Shown: positions 25,172 to 32,817, counted from the first letter of the stretch. The stretch is DNA of 64,000 nucleotides from Candidatus Saccharimonadota bacterium (GCA_022841445.1 JALHRM010000001.1:259777-323776), one strand, 5' to 3'. Notes: generated by a model from the letters alone, not told the origin. Program-made: numbers and translations.

Positions 25172-25328
25172 AAATAAAATCCTCAGCAAAGCTGGGGTTT
25201 TTATTTTGGTAGATTCGCTAAGCGAATCCGAACCTACGCAGCAGGTCGGACGCCAAGGAGCCTGCGCGCAGAAGTTTACTTCGAGCACGGTGACTGCGTG
25301 TTCACTGCAGTGAACCATCCTGTCGGGT
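25172..25328 (+). repeat. tRNA-3'-flanking conserved module, copy B (157 nt): terminator-like hairpin, conserved hairpins, 35-nt core, then a 12-nt duplicate of the tRNA-Arg 3' region
   Basis: Terminator-like hairpin CCAAAATAAAATCCTCAGC-aaa-GCTGGGGTTTTTATTTTGG (25169-25209). Further hairpins GATTCGC-taa-GCGAATC and CCGAACCT-n7-AGGTCGG. Core 25264-25298. Hairpin GTTCAC-tgca-GTGAAC. ATCCTGTCGGGT at 25317-25328 repeats 25155-25166. Confidence 0.7.
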
Positions 25329-25332
25329 AAGT

Positions 25333-25935
25333 CTAAAATCCTAATGCAGCACGTACAGAGTCGAAAGTGGGCTCATTGTAGGCAACGTACTTCCCTATCG
25401 AGTTGCCGGCGCTATCCAGTTTCACGAATGTTGTTTGCAAAGTTATCCCATATTTTTGTCGCAGACTTTGTGCGGTGTCGTAATCAACTTTAAAAACTGT
25501 TACGCCCGAGGGGACTCCATCGTTTTTGATGTCGGCGTCAACTTTTTGGCACTGTGGGCACCAGCTAGCATGGAAGAATAATACTCGCTGCCCTGATGTT
25601 GAAGCTAGCGCGCTGTCAGTGTAGCTAATATATGAGCCAGTAGCAGGTGCTGGCGGAACGGACTTTGGTTGAGCTTGCGGTTGCACAGCGGGTGCAGCAG
25701 CAGGTGCTGGAGGAGTACTGGGGGTTGCTTGGGCTGGAGGAGCTACAGCTGCGCTCTCCGTTGTTGGTTTCAAAATCTTTTCATTGTCGGTTTTTATGTC
25801 ACTCGTTTTTTTGGTAATGACGGAAATTTCTTGATTCTGCCTACCGGATCGTGCCAGGGTCCATGTGCCGACTATAGTTAACAGTGCAAAGAACACAACA
25901 ACCCATACTCGAAAGGCCGGGATTTTTTTCAGCAC
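25333..25935 (-). CDS. Membrane-anchored extracytoplasmic thioredoxin-like protein (paralog 1)
   Basis: N-terminal TM (VWVVVFFALLTIVGTWTLA), a Pro/Ala-rich linker, and a thioredoxin fold with the active site FFHASWCPQCQ. GTG start directly abuts the stop of the upstream NrdH-like gene. Confidence 0.8.
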   Translation of the reverse strand: MLKKIPAFRVWVVVFFALLTIVGTWTLARSGRQNQEISVITKKTSDIKTDNEKILKPTTESAAVAPPAQATPSTPPAPAAAPAVQPQAQPKSVPPAPATGSYISYTDSALASTSGQRVLFFHASWCPQCQKVDADIKNDGVPSGVTVFKVDYDTAQSLRQKYGITLQTTFVKLDSAGNSIGKYVAYNEPTFDSVRAALGF

Positions 25936-26184
25936 CTAAATGCCGAGTACTTTCTTAAATTTGCCTTGGTCAAAACCAAGGATTTTAGTGATGTTGCCGG
26001 CATCATCTTCAATAACACTGAAAGGTACGCCAAAGTTACCATCATTAACACTCATGAATTCAGCCATTCCAGCCGGGTCATCATCAGTAACAACTTTCTT
26101 GAATGGAATATTTTGTTTATCCAGCCATGAGTACAGCGCATGACAAAAGCTGCACGTGGTTGTTGAGTAAATAGTAATGTTCAT
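25936..26184 (-). CDS. Glutaredoxin/NrdH-like small redoxin
   Basis: 82 aa. MNITIYSTTTCSFCHALYSWLDKQNIPFKK carries a CxxC motif in the typical glutaredoxin-fold N-terminal position. Confidence 0.75.
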   Translation of the reverse strand: MNITIYSTTTCSFCHALYSWLDKQNIPFKKVVTDDDPAGMAEFMSVNDGNFGVPFSVIEDDAGNITKILGFDQGKFKKVLGI

Positions 26185-26210
26185 CGATTTTCTCCCTCTG
26201 TTATTTTAAA

Positions 26211-27935
26211 CTAGCTGCCAAACGTAAACGCATTAACCGTTACTCCGCTCGGAAACGTTAGTGTTAGTGTTGAGCCGTCTAAGAATGAATCTGCATTTAT
26301 AATTTTATATAATCTGGCGGAATCAATTGTTATGGTACCGTCACTGCCTACATCTTTCCCGCTAAGTACTCCTGGCTTGTCGTCGATACTCACTCTTACT
26401 TTTAAGCCCGCTTCTCCGTCCATGACTAAGTACACTTCTTTGGCCGAATACCTGAACCTGAGCGTTGAACCATCGGCGTTACTAGTTGATGATTCTTTGC
26501 CGATAGTCCAAGTGCCGCCGAGTGACCATTCATGATTCTTTAGATTATTCTTGAGTAAATAATTAACGGATTTATCAGCTTCAAATTCGTTTATGTTGGC
26601 GAACCGTTCTCCGCGGCTGTAGCTCAGATAAGTCTCATGCGTTTGCTTGCGACTAACTAGTGAATTTTGTCCGTTTTTGGTAATTTTTTCGCTAACTGTT
26701 TTACCTGCTTCCTTGAGCAGTATTTGAATCGCCTCTTCAGTTTCTGCATACTCACCTTCTCCAAAGTGCGTGTAGCGAACAGCACCTTCTTTATCAATTA
26801 GGTATTTGGCTGGCCAAAAGCGGTTGTCGTACGCCTGCCAAGTTGCAAAATCGTTGTCCAACCCAACCGGATATTTGATTTTTGCATCATCGACTGCGTC
26901 TTGAACATTTTTAGTTACTTTCTCGAATGCGAATTCTGGTGCATGTACACCGAGAATTACAAGGCCTTTGTCGCTGTATTTATTGTGCCAGTCGTTGAGA
27001 TACGGTTGTGTTCGCTGACAGTTGATGCAAGAGTACGTCCAGAAATCAATGAGCACTACCTTGCCTTTTAGCTTTTGCAGTGTTTCGCCATCGGAGTTAA
27101 TCCAATTTTGTATGCTGCGTAGCTCAGGTGCTTGGTATGGCTGATCAATATTTAACACAGTACTGTCGCCCTCTTTCTTCGGGGATGACCGATTAGAATC
27201 TTCTTTGAGGAGCAATCTTTGCTCGATGTCGGTAACGTCAAACGGTAGTTTTTCTATCACAAATGTTTGGAATTTTTTATCATAACCTGTGATGATCATC
27301 AGCCCGACAGCGATAAGCAGTATTGCTAATGCCCGGTTAAACCATCCGGTAGGCGAAATTACCCAGCCGAGTTTACTAATTAGCCGTCTCCCGCCGAGCG
27401 AAATAGCAAGCAGAGCAAGTCCCAAGCCAAGCGCAAAAGCAATTATGTAAACAAGCCCAAGCGCTAAATTGACCGGTAAAACAGTTGCTAGCACTAGTGC
27501 ATACACGGGACTACAGCTGGCAAATACTGGCCCAAGCGCTGCACCGGTCATGATCTGGCCTATAAGTCCGGAATTTTTATTAGCCCGAGCCAAGAATTTG
27601 TTCGAGGTGTGTTCTAGTCCTGTGCCTGCACTTACTCGAACCCACAAACTAGGGAACAGTAAACTTATGCCAAGTAATATGACAATGCCACCCGAAACAT
27701 AGAGCCAAAACTGCGGATCAACGCCTATCAGCGCAGTCGTAGCCTTGAGTAGTACGGTAAACAGGATGACCGAAACAACCAAGCTGGCGGTGATGATGTA
27801 GGGCTTTTTGCGGTCAAACTTCTTGTCCGTACCGGGGATTACAGAATTACCGACAATAACTGGCAATAGCGTGATCATGCAAGGAGCCAGAGACGTCAAC
27901 ATACCGGCGATAAACGATGAAAGCAGTAAAAGCAT
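26211..27935 (-). CDS. DipZ-like fusion: CcdA/DsbD-type thiol-disulfide transporter, thioredoxin-like (redoxin) domain, and a C-terminal beta-rich domain
   Basis: The polytopic N-terminal half has the two conserved membrane Cys (SLAPCMITLLP; FASCSPVYALV). The middle domain has VVLIDFWTYSCINCQRT (CxxC). The ~170-aa C-terminal domain and overall layout match the mycobacterial DipZ architecture as I remember it. Confidence 0.8.
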   Translation of the reverse strand: MLLLLSSFIAGMLTSLAPCMITLLPVIVGNSVIPGTDKKFDRKKPYIITASLVVSVILFTVLLKATTALIGVDPQFWLYVSGGIVILLGISLLFPSLWVRVSAGTGLEHTSNKFLARANKNSGLIGQIMTGAALGPVFASCSPVYALVLATVLPVNLALGLVYIIAFALGLGLALLAISLGGRRLISKLGWVISPTGWFNRALAILLIAVGLMIITGYDKKFQTFVIEKLPFDVTDIEQRLLLKEDSNRSSPKKEGDSTVLNIDQPYQAPELRSIQNWINSDGETLQKLKGKVVLIDFWTYSCINCQRTQPYLNDWHNKYSDKGLVILGVHAPEFAFEKVTKNVQDAVDDAKIKYPVGLDNDFATWQAYDNRFWPAKYLIDKEGAVRYTHFGEGEYAETEEAIQILLKEAGKTVSEKITKNGQNSLVSRKQTHETYLSYSRGERFANINEFEADKSVNYLLKNNLKNHEWSLGGTWTIGKESSTSNADGSTLRFRYSAKEVYLVMDGEAGLKVRVSIDDKPGVLSGKDVGSDGTITIDSARLYKIINADSFLDGSTLTLTFPSGVTVNAFTFGS

Positions 27936-27954
27936 TTTTATTAGTTTAAGCGAG

Positions 27955-28479
27955 CTAGTTCAGCTGCGTTTTAAGCTCATCGTAACTGTAGCTGCCGTTC
28001 CATTGCTTCAGTTCGTTGCCATCTTTGTCTACTTGCACAAAAGTATGTTGAATTGTCACGCCATATTTTTGCTTGAGTTCTGTTGAATCGTCGTAGTCAA
28101 CTTTAAGCAAAGTCAGACCATCTGGTGTTGATGAGCTGGTAAAATTCTTTTCAGACTCCTGACACTTAGGGCACCAGCTAGCGTGGAAGAACAGTACAAC
28201 ATCGCCCTTTTCGGCATTGGCTAGTTTCGCTTGATCGTAGGCAGTATAACTGCCTTTTACACTCATGGCATCACCGGCTTTTTCCATGGCGTCATCTTCT
28301 TTTGCCATTTTATCCTTTTCCATCGCCTCTCTTTCCATGGCAGCAGTTTCATTCTTCTTTTCCATGGCCATGCGCTCAGCTTCAGCATTTTCGTTATTAG
28401 TTGATTGACTGAATGCAAATGCACCTCCCGCTAAAACGACAACAGCAATTATTGCTGCAACGATATAGTTCTTGTTCAT
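27955..28479 (-). CDS. Membrane-anchored extracytoplasmic thioredoxin-like protein (paralog 2) with a Met/Glu/Lys-rich linker
   Basis: Start at ATG 28479 (MNKNYIVAAIIAVVVLAGGAFA), preceded by AAGGAG. Linker ERMAMEKKNETAAMEREAMEKDKMAKEDDAMEKAGDAM. Active site FFHASWCPKCQ. The C-terminal ~110 aa are clearly paralogous to 25333-25935. Confidence 0.8.
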   Translation of the reverse strand: MNKNYIVAAIIAVVVLAGGAFAFSQSTNNENAEAERMAMEKKNETAAMEREAMEKDKMAKEDDAMEKAGDAMSVKGSYTAYDQAKLANAEKGDVVLFFHASWCPKCQESEKNFTSSSTPDGLTLLKVDYDDSTELKQKYGVTIQHTFVQVDKDGNELKQWNGSYSYDELKTQLN

Positions 28480-28562
28480 TGTTTCATGCTCCTTAGTTAT
28501 TACCACTAACAGCATAGCGGCACGGCCGCGTTAATGTCAAGTCAACTTAACATTTTATGAAA

Positions 28563-28940
28563 TTACTTTACGATATATTTACCTAATAACTTAGCGAGTA
28601 TCATTACCATTAGGGCAACGATAAGCAGTGTTGGGTGTTCGTGTCTTATCGTCTGCACAACTACAGCAATTGACAAAAATATTGCTCCAGCAAGGAACCC
28701 CAGTCGATCCGCTGCTAGCACTATTTGCGTTTCTCGTTCATCCCTTGGCTGCTCTCTCCATACCAACACCGCAAAAAGTGCAAAGGCTGCTATGAATAAA
28801 CCTATTGCTAGCATGACTATTGAGCTGGGCATAAACGGGGATATCAGGTCAGAACAGAGTATAAGGGATGTTATTACTAAAATACCTATGATTAACGCGC
28901 TGTTGTTATTGTCATGTGATAAGAAATTTTTCATAACCAA
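28563..28940 (-). CDS. Small polytopic membrane protein paired with an XRE regulator
   Basis: 125 aa with 4 predicted TM helices. It overlaps the upstream HTH gene by 10 nt, so the two are likely co-transcribed. Confidence 0.6.
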   Translation of the reverse strand: MVMKNFLSHDNNNSALIIGILVITSLILCSDLISPFMPSSIVMLAIGLFIAAFALFAVLVWREQPRDERETQIVLAADRLGFLAGAIFLSIAVVVQTIRHEHPTLLIVALMVMILAKLLGKYIVK

Positions 28941-29143
28941 AATAGCTCCCCTATCGGCACTTTTAGTACTTGTGCTAATTTTAATGCAAGCAATACGCTC
29001 GGCGTATAATTACCCTTTTCAATAGCTATAACCGTCTGCCGTGTAATGCCAACTTTCAGCGCTAATTCTTCTTGCGTCAAACCGGTAGTCTTGCGGTGTT
29101 TGCTTACCGAATTCTTTGGTGTTTCAGTTATTTTGATAAACAT
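28931..29143 (-). CDS. XRE-family helix-turn-helix transcriptional regulator
   Basis: 70 aa. LTQEELALKVGITRQTVIAIEKGNYTPSVLLALKLAQVLKVPIGELF is a canonical Cro/C1-type HTH. Confidence 0.85.
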   Translation of the reverse strand: MFIKITETPKNSVSKHRKTTGLTQEELALKVGITRQTVIAIEKGNYTPSVLLALKLAQVLKVPIGELFWL

Positions 29144-29315
29144 AATGTATAGCCAACTTTACAAAGTAATTATCGTCGTTTACTGGAATTGTGTCAATAC
29201 ACACGTAATATTGTAATTATTGTAAGAATCTATACAGCTATTGCTTATGTGTGGCAATATAGTAAGCGTAACCTGCTTTAGTAGGTGAAGTATTAACACG
29301 TAATCGGGGGTATGT

Positions 29316-30437
29316 ATGGTAAAGAAGTATATTCGATATGGAGCAGCTGGAGCTACATCGTTAGTTATGGTGGCATTTGGGTTTGGAGGTGTTGCATCTG
29401 CCGCTAGCATAAGTATGACCGGCCCAGGATCAACTAACTACATTAGCGGCGGTCACTCAGGATCAATCTATTTGACCGGCCCCGGCTCTACAAATGTCAT
29501 CCGTGGTGGCTATGGCGGCGGAAGTATCCACACTACCGGTCCCGGTTCAACTAATTACGTGAGTAGTGGCCATGGTTACTCCAAGTACAAAAAAGTTAAC
29601 TATGTAAAGTACGACTACGCTTGTGAGTCAGGCAATTCACACAAGTGGAGTGACAAATCTAAATGGCACACCGATTGTTGTGATGTCTATAACCAAGGCA
29701 GTTGGTATAGCTGGAACAGCCACAAGTACGCCTGCCAAGACCACTCATCTCACGAAGCTAAAGACTGCGGGTATCACCACGTCAAGGCTAACTCATGGGT
29801 GAATCACGGCTATAAAAAAGTCAGCCATCACTACGACTACGACCATGATCGTGACTACAAAAAAGATGATCACAAAGTCAAATGGTCGGTGAAGCACGAC
29901 TACGATCATAAACAGAAAAATCACCACGATGACAAGAAGGACTATCGTGATCACAACAACTATAACAAGCACGACAACAACGATGATCACAAAGACTATA
30001 GCCGAAACCACGACTACAAGCCGTCGCATGGCTCAAGCCACGGCTATAGTGTCGACAACGACAATGACGTGAAGGTTCGTAATAATACTTCTCAGTCAGC
30101 AGTAACTGGTGATGCAAAAGTTTACGGTAACACCCACGGCGGCAACGCCACATCCGGCGATGCAACTAATGAAGCAGAAACTAGCACGAACGTAAATATT
30201 TCAAATCACTATGGCTCAAACACGACTTCTTCACACGAAGATGACGATGCAAATCACCACAGCAAGAGCTATTACTCACACGAAAACAACAACAATGTAA
30301 GTGTCAGCAATAACACTTCACAGTATGCTCGTAGTGGTAATGCAACTGTCAGCCACAACACTCACGGTGGCAACGCTACATCTGGCAACGCCAGTAATTA
30401 CAGCAGCACATCCACGTCGGTAAGTATCGATAACTAG
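29316..30437 (+). CDS. Secreted His/Asp/Lys/Tyr/Asn-rich repeat protein (unknown function)
   Basis: Signal peptide ...FGFGGVASAA/S. Three TGPGSTN(Y/V) repeats and a 6-Cys block. A His-rich low-complexity core (HHYDYDHDRDYKKDDHK...HDNNDDHKDY). Two ~40-aa repeats NNTSQ.A.(T/S)G(D/N)A.V..NTHGGNATSG(D/N)A(T/S)N...TS(T/V)..I(S/D)N. Confidence 0.7.
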   Translation: MVKKYIRYGAAGATSLVMVAFGFGGVASAASISMTGPGSTNYISGGHSGSIYLTGPGSTNVIRGGYGGGSIHTTGPGSTNYVSSGHGYSKYKKVNYVKYDYACESGNSHKWSDKSKWHTDCCDVYNQGSWYSWNSHKYACQDHSSHEAKDCGYHHVKANSWVNHGYKKVSHHYDYDHDRDYKKDDHKVKWSVKHDYDHKQKNHHDDKKDYRDHNNYNKHDNNDDHKDYSRNHDYKPSHGSSHGYSVDNDNDVKVRNNTSQSAVTGDAKVYGNTHGGNATSGDATNEAETSTNVNISNHYGSNTTSSHEDDDANHHSKSYYSHENNNNVSVSNNTSQYARSGNATVSHNTHGGNATSGNASNYSSTSTSVSIDN

Positions 30438-30454
30438 TAGTAGAGTGTAGTACA

Positions 30455-30493
30455 GTAGGATTGGTCGTAATATAGCGACCAATCCTACTATTT
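30455..30493 (+). terminator. Rho-independent terminator after the His-rich protein gene
   Basis: AGTAGGATTGGTCG-taatata-GCGACCAATCCTACT-ATTT: a 13-14-bp perfect stem 18 nt after the stop codon. Confidence 0.75.
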
Positions 30494-30519
30494 GTAGGTA
30501 AAGATATATGGAGAGCAAC

Positions 30520-30573
30520 ATGTCGAAAGACAAAGGCCGAAAAGAAAAGAAAAAACCCAAGAAACAAGCCTAG
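30520..30573 (+). CDS. Possible 17-aa lysine-rich micropeptide (MSKDKGRKEKKKPKKQA)
   Basis: ATG is preceded by GGAGAG at a 6-nt spacing, in an otherwise empty 110-nt gap. It is too short to judge by composition. Confidence 0.2.
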   Translation: MSKDKGRKEKKKPKKQA

Positions 30574-30603
30574 TTTCAAAATAAGTGGCGTTATAATGTT
30601 TTT

Positions 30604-31422
30604 ATGAGGGTAGAAGTACGGGGCGTGCAAAGCCAGTCATGGCGAGGACTAAGTCCCCTACTCTATGTCATAGTTTTTTCACTGCTTGGCCTGGCGTTTT
30701 CAGTTTCAACATATTTGAGCAGCCAACATATTTTATTATCTGAACAAAGTCTTGTTCCAAAGATCCAAGCAGAAGCGGTGAATAGTACTTGGCACGAGCC
30801 CCTTCCACTACTACCCGACATCGTGATTACAAGTATAAAACCAGGTATTAGTGCACCGGTGGTGTCACATATTCCCACAAATCAACCAGTAGTGTTTTTG
30901 GGTATTGATGACGGCTGGGATCATTTGCCCGAAGCAAAAGAATGGTTTGCTGCAACCCAGCTGCCAATAAGCTTTTTCTTGACGCATGACGCTGTAAAGG
31001 GCAATCAACAGTACTTTAGAGATTTACAAAGCGGTGGGTTGAACATCCAAAATCATACCGTCAACCATCCGCACTTGCCAGACTTAACGCGCGATCAGCA
31101 AAAAGCCGAAATTTGCGGAGCTTCAAATCAGTTTGCGGCCGACTACGGAAAACAGCCAACACTATTCAGGCCACCTTATGGTCAGTATAATGAGGATACT
31201 TATTCGGTGGTTGCTGAGTGCGGGATGAAAGCCATCGTCACATGGATGGCATATGTTGAAGACGGCAAGATGCACTACCATAAAGGCGTCGACAAGCTCA
31301 ACCCGGGTGACATCGTGCTCATGCACCTAAAAGGTAGCTTTATGCAAGACATTCAGGTCTTTATGGACGAAGCCAACAAACAAGGCCTCACCGTCGCAAA
31401 CCTCGAAGACTGGCTCAAATAA
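30604..31422 (+). CDS. Polysaccharide deacetylase (NodB homology domain, CE4 family)
   Basis: N-terminal TM, then the NodB motifs FLGIDDGW, NHTVNHPHL and FRPPYG. TATAAT at 30592-30597 lies 6 nt before the ATG. Confidence 0.85.
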   Translation: MRVEVRGVQSQSWRGLSPLLYVIVFSLLGLAFSVSTYLSSQHILLSEQSLVPKIQAEAVNSTWHEPLPLLPDIVITSIKPGISAPVVSHIPTNQPVVFLGIDDGWDHLPEAKEWFAATQLPISFFLTHDAVKGNQQYFRDLQSGGLNIQNHTVNHPHLPDLTRDQQKAEICGASNQFAADYGKQPTLFRPPYGQYNEDTYSVVAECGMKAIVTWMAYVEDGKMHYHKGVDKLNPGDIVLMHLKGSFMQDIQVFMDEANKQGLTVANLEDWLK

Positions 31423-31466
31423 TCAAACAAGATTAGCGCAGATCATCTATAATTACGAATTATTAT

Positions 31467-31556
31467 GGAAGAGTGCAGGAGTGGTTTAACTGGCTTGTCT
31501 CGAAAACAAGTGTGCCGGCAACGGTACCGAGGGTTCGAATCCCTCCTCTTCCGCCA
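31467..31556 (+). tRNA. tRNA-Ser (anticodon CGA), CCA encoded
   Basis: Acceptor GGAAGAG/CTCTTCC, anticodon stem-loop CTTGT-CTCGAAA-ACAAG, long variable arm TGTGCCGGCAACGGTACC, T arm GAGGG-TTCGAAT-CCCTC, then G-CCA. Confidence 0.9.
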
Positions 31557-31641
31557 TTATTGACGAATAATCAACTAAATGTTAAATTAATAGATAACGT
31601 AGTTGAGGTGAGCATGCGAACAGCATGTTCTTTTCATAATA

Positions 31642-32157
31642 ATGAGCATGAATCCAAACCAGTCAGGACGTCCGTTAGATGGGGATAGTCTGTCAAAGTA
31701 TCTGCCGACACGTCCGGGTGAAGCAACAGATTCTATTTCTGCCGCAGGAGGAGTGCTTCATGTCTTTTTTGAAGGAGCAAAATCCCCTCAAGACATGATT
31801 CTGAAGACTCCGTTACATATTTGTATGAATAAAGAGTGCTGCCAACCCAGCGTAGTGAGGCATCCGGCGATTTATCGAATTAACGGTGACATGGACGAGG
31901 TGTCTGTATATCTTCGGTGTGTGAACTGTGACACGCGGTATTCGCGCGTTTGTAGCCCAGGAGAAGTTTTCGAATTGGATGAACGAATTGCAGAGGCACA
32001 GCGAGGACTAGAACAAACGATAGAGAGAGTTGCACGAGAAAACATGGCCTTAGACGTAGAGAATTTAATATCGGCTCTTGATAAGGAGCTAGTTGGTCCG
32101 GATGATTTTGCTACTCCAAGAACGTCTTGGGTCGATATGCAGCCACCAATTAACTAG
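31642..32157 (+). CDS. Hypothetical protein with Cys-rich (zinc-ribbon-like) segment
   Basis: 171-aa ORF. Contains ICMNKECCQP ... LRCVNCDTRYSRVC. No family recognised. Confidence 0.5.
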   Translation: MSMNPNQSGRPLDGDSLSKYLPTRPGEATDSISAAGGVLHVFFEGAKSPQDMILKTPLHICMNKECCQPSVVRHPAIYRINGDMDEVSVYLRCVNCDTRYSRVCSPGEVFELDERIAEAQRGLEQTIERVARENMALDVENLISALDKELVGPDDFATPRTSWVDMQPPIN

Positions 32158-32184
32158 CCAAGCTGCGGTTGATATAATTGTTAC

Positions 32185-32817
32185 ATGAAGGTAACAAAAC
32201 TCCCGCAGTCAGGGCTTTTGCTTGAAAAAGATGGGCAACGCATTGTTTTTGACCCGGTCAGATTCCTTGGTTTTGATCTTGAGGTTGAATCACTAAACTC
32301 GCCTCAAGCAGTTATTTACACTCACAGTCATCCTGATCACCTCAATATCAAGATAGCAACCGCGCTTCAAGAAAACGGTTCCCTGCTCTATGGCAATGAC
32401 GACGTTATCGAAAAAGCTGATGGCATCGCGATTGAACCATTCAGTACTGGTGATGTAAAAAACCTAGCCGGCTTTGAGCTGAAGTCATACTACCTTGAAC
32501 ATTGCTTGATGGTGGATGGGTCTAAAGCGACCGTGCCGAATAATGGCTATATCATTGACGGCAAATTACTTATCCCCGGCGACAGCACTGAATCAACTGG
32601 TCAAGAGCTCGAGGTTGTGGCGGTGCCGATCTTTGGGCCGGATGTGAGTTTTCATGATGCCTACCGCCTAGCGATGAACCATAAAGCCAAAAAAGTCATA
32701 CCGATCCATAATGATATTGTTGGCTTACACCCGGAAGCGTTTGCCCGTTTTTGCGCCTACTTCAAAGTGCCTTTTGAGGTAATCCCCATTCACATCGGCG
32801 AATCTACCGAAATTTAG
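32185..32817 (+). CDS. MBL-fold metallo-hydrolase
   Basis: 210 aa. YTHSHPDH (the HxHxDH metallo-beta-lactamase motif) with later His/Asp ligands (IPIHND). Confidence 0.75.
   Translation: MKVTKLPQSGLLLEKDGQRIVFDPVRFLGFDLEVESLNSPQAVIYTHSHPDHLNIKIATALQENGSLLYGNDDVIEKADGIAIEPFSTGDVKNLAGFELKSYYLEHCLMVDGSKATVPNNGYIIDGKLLIPGDSTESTGQELEVVAVPIFGPDVSFHDAYRLAMNHKAKKVIPIHNDIVGLHPEAFARFCAYFKVPFEVIPIHIGESTEI

Noticed and set aside
21298-25328. Idea that the conserved tRNA-flanking modules are SRP RNA, tmRNA, RNase P RNA, a group I intron or a known self-cleaving ribozyme
   Set aside because: I could not find the conserved cores: no SRP domain IV GGAA/AGCA motif context, no tmRNA 5' acceptor or tag ORF, no RNase P GAGGAAAGUCC, and no hammerhead CUGAUGA...GAAA. 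The modules lie after the complete tRNA, not in the anticodon loop, and they occur twice. An attempted cloverleaf fold worked partly for copy A (GAAGG/CCTTC) but not for copy B.
29793-30560. Minus-strand ORFs (78, 95, 80, 84 aa) opposite the His-rich protein gene
   Set aside because: The reverse complement of the repetitive GAT/CAC/AAG-rich sequence yields Val/Ile-rich pseudo-TM strings (VVVVSAIVFVIIVVVV). They are entirely contained in the sense gene and are a low-complexity artefact.
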